Position numbers and translations under genes: made by a program
Assembly (NCBI RefSeq): GCF_964355755.1
Contig: NC_092671.1
Location: forward strand, 19,778,001-19,842,000
Length of the DNA stretch: 64,000 nt
Direction of reading: 5' to 3'
From: Antedon mediterranea
Lineage: Eukaryota > Animalia > Echinodermata
In this document: one piece after another, positions 23,637-37,500 of the stretch
Numbering within the stretch: position 1 is the first letter of the stretch
How the letters are laid out: every line of letters begins with the position of its first letter
The notes under the pieces: generated by a model
Databases searched by the model: none
Seen by the model: the letters and a program-made list of their open reading frames with translations, nothing else
Told to the model about the DNA's origin: nothing

Positions 23637-26600
23637 ATTTAAAATAAGTTAAGTTATAAAGTGATTAGATAATTCTATAATGTTAACATTTTGACTCTAA
23701 TAATTTCCAGAAATTATTCTATTGATTATATTCATCTTAATACTATTACTATAAAGTGTCACTGGTATTCTTGGTAGCAATTTTCTTCGAACTGTATAAT
23801 CCTTGTTTGGTACTCAATGTTTATTTTTTTAGCGACTTTAGGTTCATGTTTTCTTTCGTCTTTCTTAATATTTCTTTTGGAAATAAATTTTTTAATGATG
23901 TACTATCACCGTGACTACTTGAGATATAGCAATCAGATGCACATAACATAATTAACTACTGTTTTTTCACTACCGGTATACTATAAGAATTATATCAATA
24001 ATAATAATAAAAATTCGGCATATTTTTACTGCAAAATTGCATGTATTAAACATGAAAAACATTATGTGATATTATTACAATATACATACCATTGGAAACA
24101 TATTAAAAATAATATACGTTGTCCTAAAAAAAACTTGAATAAACTTAGCAATAATTGATTTACATACTTACTATTGTATACCTTTGAATATATAAATACT
24201 TTTAATTTGATACGACATTTGAATAATTTATGTTAGAATGTTAATGTATAAATGTATATTTATTTGTAAGTACTGTACTGTAATATATTAGATTTTCATA
24301 CTTTTATAAAATAGATTTATATATTAATGTAACGTTATACGTGTTCAATGCAACATATTTGACATAATCTATATAAACAACATTAATGAATATAAAATTT
24401 ACTTAATGTGTTTCTAAAACTAGGTTGAATGTAAAATGCTTTTAACAATGCAAAGCCATCATTAATTGGTAACTTTGGTTTTGCTAGCATAAAGGGAATT
24501 GTATATTTTAATAAAACTGAATATTCATTTCATTTTGTGGTTATATTACGTGGTTTGTGGAAAACTCTATTCTGAACGATTCCTGATTCGTAGTCTGGGT
24601 GGTAATTGGATGGTATTTGATTTAGTGATACCCCATCTCTCTATTCTGCACCTGGACTAGATGCAAGTCACTGCCCATTCATTGCGTTCGTCTTAACTTA
24701 AAACACAAGTCATTAATTCATCTATGCAATAATAAAAAGGTTAAACTATATCTTGTTAGACAATATTGCAGATCAATTAAAGTAGAGTATTCATTTTGTT
24801 TTAATGGTATAAAATGTTGTGCTCGGTGTGTATAGACAAAGGCAGTGCAATTTGTGTGCTCGGTGTGTATAGACAAAGGCAGTGCAATTTGCCTAACTTA
24901 GATGGTCCACGTTTCATCAGAGTGCAGCTGTTTGAATTGTCTGGAAATAATAATGGTAACGTTCAATGTTTAAATTATTGTAGGTGTGTTCAACTGTTCC
25001 ACTTCCTCCATATTAATATTCCGTGGGACGTCTGTGGGATAACATTTATTTATGCAGCCATGGGTTAGGTTGAACAATTAGGTACACTTATACCTAATCA
25101 TCCTCTCCAAGCGTGATTTGTATACCCAATCCGCATTTAGAATTCAGATTGATGTTTTATTGATTCAAAGAGCGCCACCACTGTGCGATAAATTATTATA
25201 ATAAATCACAATTACAAAGCTATTCTTTAAATTATTAATAGTGGTGGTGTACTTTTTAATAGCTTAAACGTAACTCAGGTTCATAAATTAAATGTTATAC
25301 ACATAATATAATTATATAATTGAAACAAATCCAAACATTTTAAGCCCTGTTGATATATTTCAAATTAACCTATTAAGTAGGTCTACTGCCTTAAACAAAA
25401 ACAAAGAAAGACAAAATAAAACAACAAATAATGTGAATTAACTTCTTTAAAGAATTTAGATGAATTAGGAAACAAGATCTTTCTATACTTACTTTTTAAT
25501 AAGTGTGAAACCTTAATCAAAAGAAAAGAAACAATCAGGCAACATTATCATTAATATTGTGAGCGGTTGAAATAATCATAATCCTAAATTTGTCTATTTT
25601 AAGTTACCAGTGGTAATGTTAATATAGCGTTTGCTAATAATCGATTATATTATAGGCCTAGTTTTATAACTGGGAGTGCAGACATTTTATTGCATGTGAA
25701 ATGTGTTTGACGTATTTACACCTGTCTGCTACCACAAGGGTAGATCAGTGAATTATAATTGACCCAGAATGTGTAAATGGAACTTATAGTGTAAGTCAAG
25801 GCTAGCAAAATTTGTCTGGAATAATCCAATTTGATAATGGTAAACCATACTGATATTAATTTATGCAAATTGCTGCAAAGCATTTCCAAATATTTAAAAA
25901 CATATTGTAGGTGTAATATACGAAGTAAGTTATACGATTTTGAAGTTCAAACCCAGAATCTATGCTGATAAAAAATTCACTGTACACAACCAATGAAGAT
26001 TAAACATTTCCGGACAAAAAGTTTTTTGGTACTTTAATGAGTAAAACGTGGTGACAAAAAGACCCTAGATATGGCATAAATCGACTCACGTACTTTCTGT
26101 CCTCTTGTGAATAAGCAATAATGCTTGACTATGCGTACGACATTTTTGGTTTTACCCTTATAACAACTTCCAAGGTAATATTAACCTTTCTTTGAGATAC
26201 ATTTTTAAAACCTTTTTTGTAACCTCATAATGGCCAAGGAGAGGAATTTTGTACATGAACATATGAATATGTATATTATATGTGTATTATATGAATAAAT
26301 CGTAAAAAATATAAATATTGAATTTTGTCATTGCATTTCTTCAAAAAACAGACTAAACCTGTTGTCATATTTAAGCCTATTAGTCGGGTCAAAATATGAA
26401 AATATAGGGCCTAACCCCTCAAAAAATGCAAGAAAAGTTTTTTTTTTATGTATTACAATAAAATAAGGTCTCAAAAAACATATATCAAAAGTTTACTCAA
26501 ATTGGACTACCGCATACAGGTCAAATTAGAAATTGAAATGACGGGTACCTATCGCTTGTATGTTTAAAACAGTGAAAACTCATAAGGTATATTTTGCTAT

Positions 26601-26769
26601 GCAAACATGACGTCACATCACTTACAAAAATAGTCATAAATACAATTATTAGATTTAGAATTAAATTTCAATTAATATATCTCTTTTATACATGTTTTAA
26701 AATCCGTTAAATAATGAATGAAATAAGACAAGAGCAAGTTCCACAAATAATATTAAAATAAACTAAAAT

Positions 26770-27497
26770 AAACAAGAAATATTTCTTACAAAAACGCCGC
26801 TCGACATTTTAAAATTAATAATTGTTCTTTCTTCAGATATATTAATAATTTATAAAAAATATGTTTTTGTTACCATGGAATCGTGCAAAAAAACACAAAA
26901 TCTAACATAGCTATTTAATTATAAATCACACCATGCCCATCTTGGTGGGTGTTAGTAATCTGGTTGTATTTCATTGAATAATTGATATTTCTGCTAATTT
27001 TCAACAGCATTTGAAAGAAGACATGTGTACCTTTCAACAATGTTATATTTGCCAATAAATATTAATCTACTAATTAAAAAATGGTATTTAAAAATGGTAA
27101 ATTTTGAACTTTAATGTGCTGTGTGTGTGACCTCAACATGTAGGCATGCAACTGAATACCCTCAAAGAACTTATAAGTTCTTTGATACCCTCTAGCATGG
27201 AGTTTATTCCATGCCTCTAGAGACAACGTGACTTCACGGTGGTACACAAGTGAGAAGTATGTTGGTTCGCGTCAACCAATCAAAGGACGAGAATCCAAAA
27301 TCGTTCAACCGTGAACCCTCATAGACTCTCTTTTCCCAGACGTTTTTTGGGTCCAGAGGCTGGGATCTATAAATTATAGTCGAGTTTACAAATTCCCCAA
27401 AACTGTCGGCCTTTATAGCTACCGCGATGATAAAGCTTCTTAATGAGTATGTCCTCTTGGGACATTGCTGGCTAAAGCCGCGGCGCGAAAAATACAA
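26770..27497. mobile_element. Interspersed repeat, uninterrupted copy of the family at 8327-9552
   Basis: Reverse-complement similarity to 8327-8759 plus 9480-9552. Another terminal fragment lies near 47415-47480. Confidence 0.7.
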
Positions 27498-28535
27498 GAA
27501 TCACGAAAAGCAACATATTTCATATGCTTCACATAATAATTAACTTATGTTTAGTAGTCTTTGTACGCACTACAATGTGACGGAAAAGTGGAGAATCTGA
27601 TTGGTAGCAATACATAAAGATACGGTGCCAGCCAAAAATAATGATAATTATCATTATTTAAATAACATTTAATATTCTTTTTCAAATTGCTCTAATCAAA
27701 TGAAAAAATGCATTCCATGAGCAAACTGACGTAGAATTAATTGGCCTAGGAACATGACTTATTTAAAAAAGTCAACATAGAACTTAGTATTATATTACCT
27801 ATAGTCTTAATAATTATTAATTAATATAAATGTTTAAAAAAAATATTTATGTTAATTATTCTTTCATGTCAACAAATGTAGTTGAGTTACTCTTTTGTGA
27901 TTTTCTTTCTATATAATTGACAAAAAAAGAAGAGTAAAACTGATATACCTAATATTATAGTGATATAATTAAAAAGAAACTTTCTACACAATAAAGAGTA
28001 CATATAAGTTATATATACTACTAAAGGTGTGAAAATCAAAATCATATTAATTATCTACACACGAGAAGAGCTAAAACAATAACACGTTTTGTTGATTATC
28101 TCAAAACTTTGCTTTATGCAGTGGACAGGTTGTCAAATGCTTGCTGGCGGTGTAAAAAAAAAGATATATATATAGCTAGGGACCTAGCTAGCTAGTAGGA
28201 CTCTAGTTAGGCCTATCAAGGCCTACTAATACTCTTTTATCGGTGTAACTTCTAATGCTTTCATAAAATGAACATTAAATGCACAAATAAAACAAACTAA
28301 GTCTAGGTCGGCTCCTTTCTCCTCTACACACTCTATCTAGGCCTCACTAGCTAGTAGGGTGCATTATTATTAACATTATTAATTATTTATATATTATATT
28401 TATTATACTGTTACCATCAAAATTGATAATAATTTGTGTAAATAGATAGGATTTGGTTTAATTATGAAGATAATTTTACAAACATGATTTCATTAAATCT
28501 CGCGTACTTTTTGATTGTGCACCGTGAAAAGCTTA

Positions 28536-31500
28536 TAGACAGGCAGCCCAGAGACATTTGGTTAGATGAGCTAGGTACCAATATCTGACTATTTAAGTGT
28601 TTTGGGAGTCACTTGAAGTCAATGAAAATGGGAGTCTGCCGGGTACCCCCTGCTGCGTCTAGACCGGGGGGACCCCGAAACGTGCTAAAAAATCGACCCA
28701 GGTTAGATGAGAGAGATACCACTTAATTTTACCACCATGGGATGCCCATTGGCATCCTTATACCAGTATCACAAACGACAGACTTTTTCTCTGCTGCAAA
28801 AGGCCCGCCAGACCCTTCCCCCCCCCGAGGGAGGGCCTAAAAAGGGGTTAGCATAGATGAGTGAGGTACCACTCAAAATCAATTCCAAACGAACAAGTTG
28901 TGTTCATACAATACTAAATGGATAACAACAGACTAATTGTCTGCTGCACCGCAAGTGCCAGACACCCTAAAGTTAGACTAGAGACCCCCCTTCCCCCAAC
29001 TAGCCCAGCTTAGATATTGTAGATACCACCAACAACCAGTGTTATATGATTTAGCACATTGTAAACAATACCAAATGACCTATTACAGACTATCTGTACA
29101 CTGCCTCGGCCCTGGTAGACCCCTCTAAAGTTAGACTGGAGACCCCATTTACCCCAAGTATAGCCTACCTTAGATATTGTAGATACCACCAGCAGCAAAA
29201 AAAAACACCCAAAATAACATGTTTAATTGAATAAAGTTTAACTTTAATCGAACTAACACAAAACAATTGAAAATATATCTCATCAATGACGATAAAATGA
29301 CCATTACCATTCTAAAGAGAAAAATAGTTTAAGAGTTTCATTTAAAACTTATATAAGCCATGTTATATAACAAGTACGGATTTGGGTAAATTTAGCATTC
29401 CTAGCCTTTGGATGTCAAAGATACATTCGTCTGTAACTCTTGGACCTACTTTAAGAGAAAGCTTAGTAATCACCTTAATCAAATTCAGGATTGTAGTAAC
29501 TTAATCTAAAGTGATTTGATTAATTAATAGTGGGTAATTTTAAATGCTGTATATTATAATCTTAATCCTGTATTCATATTTATATATATATATTTATATA
29601 GATGCGTTGAGGCTGCAAAAGTGCTCAATTGGAATCAAGAGCGAATATTTAAGATGGAACACAGACGTCTATTACACTGTGTTTCACGTTAAACGATCTT
29701 CAGATAAGACTGAACAATACCGTATCTCGATAGAAAAAAATATTATTATTATAATAATTATAATTATAATTATATATATATTATATATATATATATATTT
29801 TTTATGTAGTTTATTTATGTAGATATGTAGTACTGTATCTATTAAAAATGTACTTGAACAAAATTAGTATAATCTTTTACAAAAATGCTTGTCAACTCAA
29901 TGAGATCCAAATTGGCAATTGCCGCAAAATCCTCACTGAGTTTGACGTTGAAATTCACTCTAGAACTAAGAAGTTAAAAAGAGAACTTCCTGCATCCGGG
30001 TTTCAAAACAAACTCAGGATTATTGACAATGATTACCGTAAGCAATCAACGGAAATGGCCTGAAGGGGACATCACAAATGTGGTCTACCTGCAGACTCTG
30101 CCCCAAACCAAGGCAGGTCGGCGCACAACAACGATCTTTGGATATAGAGTCTTTCTCTAGAAGATTACGATTACGTGAATATTTTGCTGATTCAGACAGC
30201 AGCACCACGCAAAACGAAGGCGACGTTAACAAATTTAAACCAACTAGTTCCTGGAATCCACCTAAAAATCGTCCAGCTTTAGAAACATTTATCCAGGCTA
30301 TTGAGGAGGATGTACAAAACTACGTCCCGAGTCCAGATAGATAAACGTGACAATCTCTCAAAACAAGAGAGGCAGGCCATTGCCAAGTTGCGTCAGCGTA
30401 ATGATATCATCATTAAACCCGCTGATAAAGGTTCTGCCATTGTTGCTATGGACATCAAATTTTATGAAGAGGAATCCTTAAGACAGCTAAACAATCCTCT
30501 TCATTATATATCGTAAACGGATCCCACCCCGGAAATTACGGATAAGGTGGCCAAATCTGTTTCTGTGATGGTGTAAAAACACTCCATCGATCCTAAGATT
30601 GGACTTCATTTGGCACAGGTCAATCCAGTTCCAGGCAGATTTTATTTCCTACCTAAAATCCACAAAACAGGCAATCCTGGTAGACCCATTATTTCGGGCA
30701 ATGGCACTGCTACAGAGACAATTTCTGAATATGGGGATGATTTACTTAGACCATATGTGACTGATCTACCTTCATACATTCAGGACTCCACGGACTTTAT
30801 CCGCAAAATTAACCAAATTAAAAATTAACATAATAATTCTGTTCTGGCTACATTAGATGTTTCATCATTGTATACTAATATCCCTCACGAAGAAGGAGCC
30901 GACGCATGTATTTTAAATTACAAACAAATTACAGGCAAAACGCCTACTAAAGCTCATTTATGAGAACTGGTCATGTTGATTTTAACAACAATTTTATTTT
31001 TGGAAATGACCATTACCTTCAAATTCATGGCACAGCGATGGGCACAAAAATGGCGCCATCTTTTGCAAATTTATTTATAGGGACAATTTGAGGCCAAATT
31101 TCTGTCCCTCCAAACTTATAAACCACTTTTTTGGTTTTATTTATTTATTCAAGATCTAACAGTGTAAAGAAAAAACAGGATCGCCATAAATAAAAAAATA
31201 TATAGATACATTGACGACATCTTCATGATCTGGACCCATGGTGAAGATAATTTGGAATTTTTTCTTCTCAATATTAATTCAGCCCACCCAACTATCAAAT
31301 TTACAGCTACCAAATCCACTAGTAGCGTTGATTATTTTACGTAAACCCACGGATAAAAATATGTACCTGCTCCCTAGCAGTTGTCATCCCCAATACTGTA
31401 CTAAAAACATACCGAACAGTAAAGCATTACGTATCAGACATCTGTTCTTCAGATTTAGATTTTCAGAATCGTACCGAAGAACTAACCGGACATCTCCGGA

Positions 31501-32408
31501 ATAGAAATTACAAGAAGGAATACATCGAAACTGCTATAAAGAAAGCAAAAGATATTCCTCGATGTCAAACACTGACGTACAAACTACGTCAGCCAAGTTC
31601 GACCAAAGTGCCATTGGTCAAAACCTATCGCCCTAGGTTGCCTCCATTACGGGTTATTTATTTATTTAGAAACATATGCCCATTCTACAATCCACAGAAC
31701 GTCTCAGAACTGTTTTTCCGGAACCAACCATTATTGCATTTCGTAGACCTCCCAACCTTCGTGATATATTAGTCAGATCCAAATTTAATTGAAATCTCAT
31801 ATTCTAATGAAACAGTTCATTGATATTAAGTTAGTTTATACTATCAAACTAGTTTGACAAAAAAAAAGTCACCTTTGAGGCAAATCTTGCAAAACTTGTT
31901 CATTGGTTGATTCTAATGAAAAATTTAAGAGTAACCAAACTGGCCGCATTTTTCGGATAAGACAATCAATTAATTGTTTAACCAAAAACGTCATTTATCT
32001 CATATACTGTAATATTTGTGGAAAACAGTACGTCGGAGAAACAAAAAAAAATAAAAATTACCCGAATCTGTACTTGTTATATATATTTGGCTTATATAAG
32101 TTTTAAGTAAAACTCTTAAACAATTTTTAGCGGGCCTTTTCTTTTGCAGCAGAGAAAAAGTGTGTCGTTTGTGATACTGGTATAAGGATGCCAATGGGCA
32201 TCCCATGGTGGTAAAAATAGGTGGTATCTCTCTCATCTAACCGGGGTCGAATTTTTAGCACGTTACGGAGTCCCCCTGGTCTAGACGCAGCAGGGGGTAC
32301 CCGGCAGACTCTCGTTTTCATTGACTTAAAGCGACCCCCCAACACACTTAAATAGTCAGATATTGGTACCTAGCTCATCTAACCAAATTTCTCTGGGCTG
32401 CCGGTCTA
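28536..32408. mobile_element. Academ-like long-TIR DNA transposon lacking transposase and enclosing a Penelope-like RT
   Basis: ~275-bp inverted repeats at 28536-28808 and 32130-32408. Termini TAG...CTA. 3-bp TSD TTA at 28533-28535 and 32409-32411. Confidence 0.85.
29850..32045 (+). pseudogene. Decayed Penelope-like (Neptune-type) RT + Cys linker + GIY-YIG ORF
   Basis: Motifs NLSKQERQAI...[80 protein letters not shown]...SCHP, INCLTKNVIYLIYCNICGKQYVGET are spread over several frames, with stops. Confidence 0.9.
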
Positions 32409-32424
32409 TTATTATATGGATTCC

Positions 32425-33183
32425 TTTTCACATTATATTTTTCCTATTAGTTTAAGGCAGAAACTATTAGAGGGCTGTGCATATATCCTGAAAATTCATG
32501 ATGCATGCCAGACGTCATACTTGCAAAACACAGTCTCTGATGCACGTTCGCAGTGCAGATCGGCGTTACTGTACTTTCTCTCGATGTTGTTAAAGACACT
32601 AGACCTGCAATTTTTTGACGTTTTCTAAAAATAATGCATATACATAACTTTAAAAACATTAAACCAGGTCATTTCTTGTATTCAATGTGCGTTCTATTAA
32701 GGTTAATTATGATAACAAGCGAAAAACAATGCACTACCTAAGTAGCTCGCGTTGAAAGTTCTCTCGTAGACGTTTCTAGGCCTAGCTTAGTTGGGCTTAG
32801 TTTTGTAGGTCTAGCTGGATGTCTAAAAAATAAATATTTCAGAAAATAAGCAACATTATACATATATTATAACGTTTTTATTTATTTTGTTTTTTGCATT
32901 AGCAGTTCCAAAGATTTCCCCATGTATTATAATTTATGTTATGTCTGAAAGTGCAAACATGAAAAATGCATGTCATTTTAGTGTCAAATTCTTAATCAAT
33001 TTCATTTACACTAAATTTGTAATACTACGTACGTATGTGCGGCTACATGGTTGGTGAGGGCTTTTGCAGCAGCTACCTAGCTAGCAGTGCGACGAGAGAT
33101 CATTTTCGATTACCGCGTGAAAACTATTTCCAGAGTTTTTCGTCACATCATGGATAATTCATGTATGGTTTCAAGCCCTCTAG
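32425..33183. mobile_element. Non-autonomous TIR-type repeat (same family as 7131-8060)
   Basis: TAGAGGGC...CATGATG occurs in inverted orientation at both ends (32468 and 33182). The body matches 7167-8020 on the opposite strand. Confidence 0.7.
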
Positions 33184-33427
33184 GATGGAAATAATAACTT
33201 CCTGGTTATTATACAGAATGCTCATAGATTGACATGTATTTACACAATGCTCTGTATTTTATATTTGCACAATTATAGGCCTAATCATTATATAAATAAG
33301 TATCTTAAAACCCTTAAAATACAACAATCTATTTTATCTATATACAAAGATGCGACAAAAAAAAAATGCAAACAATTCCTACATAATGAGCAAAACTAAT
33401 GTATGCAATAAGAGAAACATTATTAAA

Positions 33428-35207
33428 TTACGGCGCATAGACTGGTGGTGGTGCAGAGTAGGTACTATTTACTGCTGGATCAGGTCTCCCGTACGGTTGG
33501 TGACATACACCTTCGTTGGTGGTGAAAGACATGACGGGATTTGTAGATGGTGTGGTAACCGGCATAGCAGTTCTTGCTTTTTTTCTTCCCTTGGCCTCTT
33601 TAACGCACATGAGAACCAGAAAGATGAATATCAGAACTCCAAATAACACTCCAAACACAATTCCTACTATCTCTCCAGCGGTTAAATCTGAAAAAAAATA
33701 AAACAATAAACAAACATTTTCAACATTTTAGAAATTAGATATATAGCAATGTAGGGCACAACATTTGCTATTACATACCTTCCTCGTCTGAATTATCTCC
33801 GCAATTATTGTGATCATCTTCAACCAAGTCATGATCGATGCAATGATTGTTGTTGCATTTAAACTCAACGGTATGATCTACAATTAAACGTATCGGTTGC
33901 ATTTAAAACTGTAATTATTGTGTGTATATATATTAGTAAACAATAAGTAATTACTCGGATTGGATTATATAAACCGAAACAACAACAAGACTTACTTGAA
34001 TTACAAATGCTAAAGGAAGTGAATGCAATCTTAAATCCTTTGTATCTGAACGTATTATCAGAATAGAATTCCACATAAATAGAATTGCCGGAAGAGTAGT
34101 ATGGTTTTGGTAATCCAGAGCCACAAAGGCCGTAGCTTGGGGTCATTAATCCCCCCAACTGACGACCCGGCCCATCATAGATTGTTATTCGATCATTACA
34201 ACCTCCATACGGGTTTGTTTCTACGGCAAGCCGTTCAAAATTAAGTAAGATTCTCCTGGATGAGTCCGTTGTAATAGTCAGGGCGTCAAAAGCATTGTTG
34301 TAGTAGTTTGATGATCTTTGGGAATATAGAATACCGGCTCCAGTGGTCATCTTATATTCTATTTTTTCAGATTGACTGTAGTCACTGAGATACAAAATGT
34401 TATACTCTGAAATATTTGGAAAATCCAATTTCTGTGTTAATAAGAAGTTACATGTGATGTAAACAATATTAATAAGGGTGGCAGTGATAAGGATGTTGAT
34501 AGTGAATGAATCATTTTGAACACGACCCGCAAAGCCAATAGTACCAGTAGTTACGAATATAAAGATATAACTAGATTGTGACGGTTGTATAATACACATA
34601 ATGTTATCTTATTACTATTACATACTGAAAGATCAGTCTACGAATATTGAACACAGTTCCGGATTTAATAATGATTTTAAAAGCATTTTATTTAGGTTGC
34701 CTTTCAACTATACGTTTAAACTGGCCTCAAATCAAGTTTACAATTCACATACAATTATACCATGGACTCCATGATTATACAAATGAGAAAAGTAACGTTG
34801 TGTGAAGAGACAAAGTGAGTCGTCGGTTTTTAATTTTGGTCGTCTAATTCAAATTATATAATAATTTGGTAATGAGTAAGAAATATTCACAAACAAAACA
34901 GAATAATACACCATTGTTATTGTATAGAAAGAGAATAGATTTATATATGTTTTTGTATTTTGTTTTAAATAAACCAATACTTTAGATCATCTTCTAATTA
35001 TTTAATGTATTATGATTTGTAACTAAATATATTTATTAAAAAAACAGTATCAAAATACCTTTTTCGTTTTAGCCAAAATTATGTACTATAACAATGAAAG
35101 AAAAACATAATGAACAAATACTGTATATAACACTTACCGGCATTGGTTACTGACAAGACAATCGTATATAACACAAATGTACGACAAATGATGTTTAAAC
35201 CTGCCAT
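33428..35207 (-). CDS. Spliced CUB + LDLa single-pass membrane protein with C-terminal PPxY; exons 35207-35138, 34406-33996, 33877-33779, 33687-33428
   Basis: Signal peptide MAGLNIICRTFVLYTIVLSVTNA. CUB (CNDRITIYDG...LCG...FYSDNTFRYKGF). LDLa (EFKCNNNHCID...HNNCGDNSDEE). TM GEIVGIVFGVLFGVLIFIFLVLMCV. Tail ends APPPVYAP*. All introns GT-AG and phase 1, giving a continuous frame. Confidence 0.9.
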
Positions 35208-36299
35208 AACTAAAGGCTATCGTATAGTGTACGTCTTTACTAAATACTGCATTTCACCACTAATGGCTTTTTGAAAGAATACAAATCGGACTTTGTAATA
35301 CAAAGTCCGATGTGATGTAAATAGTACAGAAAGTACTTCTAAATAATTGATAAATATGTGTGTTTAACTTGGACAGGGTTACAATTAATTTAAATCAGAA
35401 GGCTGAAATGTTTGCGGAGCTTTGGATATTATCAATCATACATTATAATTAGTCCAATGCCCCACAAGCACTTTGAATGACGCCGCCAGAAATTTTAACA
35501 ACATCACATCTTCAGTTTATTATTATAATATACTTTACACCTATATCTCTCTGATTATTACTCCTTAATTTGCATATTTTGTTATTAACTATCTTGACAA
35601 ATCAAAATATTGATGTTTGTGATGTATGGTGAATTAACCAAATTAATACTGTATTTTGAACACGTTACCAGGAAGAGTTAGATTATCACGCGCAAACACG
35701 TACATTCTTGCGTGGAAATTGGAATACGCCATCTTATATTTAAGATAATTATTTTGACACATGTGAGCCCGATAAACAAAAACAAGGAAACAAGTATTGG
35801 TTGTAAAGTTATTTAATATGAATGGCAAGTCATCGTTGCAGCATGCACGTAAAAGGAAAACATAAAAAAGGAACATTGGGATGCTCTGAAAGGGCCAAAA
35901 CACATGTCTCAAAATCGTAATTGAAAACAAAATAAAGAGGGAGTGGAGGGAGGGAAGTGAAAATTATTTTACTTAGCCAAAAACTGGCGTGGTAATCTGT
36001 TGACAGCGTGAGGTGAAGAGGATGAGATGCTCACGCTGTCAAAAGATGATTGCGAGGGCGCCCCGCAATCACGTGATTTTGACACATGTGAGCCCGATAA
36101 ACAAAAACAAGGAAACAAGTATTGGTTGTAAAGTTATTTAATATGAATGGCAAGTCATCGTTGCAGCATGCACGTAAAAGGAAAACATAAAAAAGGAACA
36201 TTGGGATGCTCTGAAAGGGCCAACACAGTTGGCAACGAAGGGGCCAACGAAGCAGCCCAAATTAAGTGCAGGTAGAACCGATGACAAGCCATTCAGATG

Positions 36300-36740
36300 A
36301 TGGTGCAACATATGTTGACACCCAGAACGTATAGAAACTATCTACATAGTCTACCTGGAGCAACATGTGTTGACTCCAGTACCCGGTTGACCATTAGCGC
36401 CTGATAGGTGGAGCAACCAAATATTGACATCGAAAAACGTATAGAAACACCTACATTAGTCTACCTGGAGCAACATGTGTTGACTCCAGTACATGTTTAA
36501 ACATTTTAATTAGGTAGGCAGTGTAATCAAATGTTGGCACTGAAAAACGTATATAAACAATCTACATTCGTCTGCCTGGGGCATCATGTGTTGACTCCAG
36601 TACGCGTTTGAGAATTGAGTTTAATAAACGGTGCAACACCGAAAACATATAAATAACTTATAAGTCTACCTGGAGCAACGTGTTGACTCCGATTGAACAT
36701 ATGATTATAATTGGCGGTGCAACCTATGCTGTCACCGAAA
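36300..36740. repeat. ~110-bp degenerate tandem repeat (4 copies) in the 3' region of the Ngaro element
   Basis: CTACCTGGAGCAACATGTGTTGACTCCAGTAC or variants at ~36351, 36461, 36572 and 36666. Confidence 0.8.
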
Positions 36741-36879
36741 GAAAACAAAAATAAAATAAGTAAAACGATATACAGAAAAAATAAGTATCAAACTTTGTTT
36801 AAGCTTGACGCTTAATACCCAGTCATGCTTAGGAAATATGCCAACCAGCCAGCACCCATATTTACAACGCTGTATTTGA

Positions 36880-37500
36880 CAAAGTTATGTGGTTCGACCA
36901 TCGTCCAAAAATCAAAATGTCTTGGTGAGAGTGTCAAAGTTGGTGAAGGTCGGTAGCTCGACCGATTCTGAAAGAATGAGTGTTAAACTGTGTATGTTCC
37001 AGACTAGCATGGCGAGCTAATTGTTTATAGCATTAGTGTGTGTTCTGCGGCCATGGAGACTACTGCTTCACTGGCTCTGAGGCATGCGAAGTAACATATT
37101 ATGAACAAGGCTCTGTATAGGATGAATTCGTATTTGGATTTCATGCTACCTCGCATATGTCCAATTAGCGTTACAAGAATGTCGGAGGTGACCGGCGGTC
37201 TGATCGGTTTGGATGGAGAGTTCGTTTTTTGTTTCGCTACTCCTCTGCATAAATTGCTGACTGCTGGATTTGCGGTAAGGTCTTCCATAAATGATACCCT
37301 GTGCACGAATGACACTGGGCTAAGGTAGTTTCGAATCGTGGAAATCGCCAGTGCATTTTTAGTCAGCTTACTTACATAGAGAACAATTGTCTGTGGAGTC
37401 GCTGGTAGCGGAAGGCTTAGTGATTTCCCGAATTGGTTAAAATGGTGCCATTTGCTTTTATAGTTACTAGCGGTTCATTTACTTAATGAGTTCCACATTA
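36880..37500 (-). pseudogene. Tyrosine recombinase remnant of the Ngaro element (internally deleted)
   Basis: IRPPVT...YRALFIICYFACLRASE (catalytic R box), then after a deletion FNTHSFRIGRAT (HxxR) and GRWS. Confidence 0.85.

Noticed and set aside
24818-24891. ~35-bp direct duplication (TGTGCTCGGTGTGTATAGACAAAGGCAGTGCAATTTG) and Cys-rich ORF 24814-25068
   Set aside because: Simple local duplication. The ORF has no domain pattern or splice support.
36880-37500. Phage integrase or bacterial contamination
   Set aside because: The tyrosine recombinase follows RT/RNase H within split direct repeats, which is the standard Ngaro layout.
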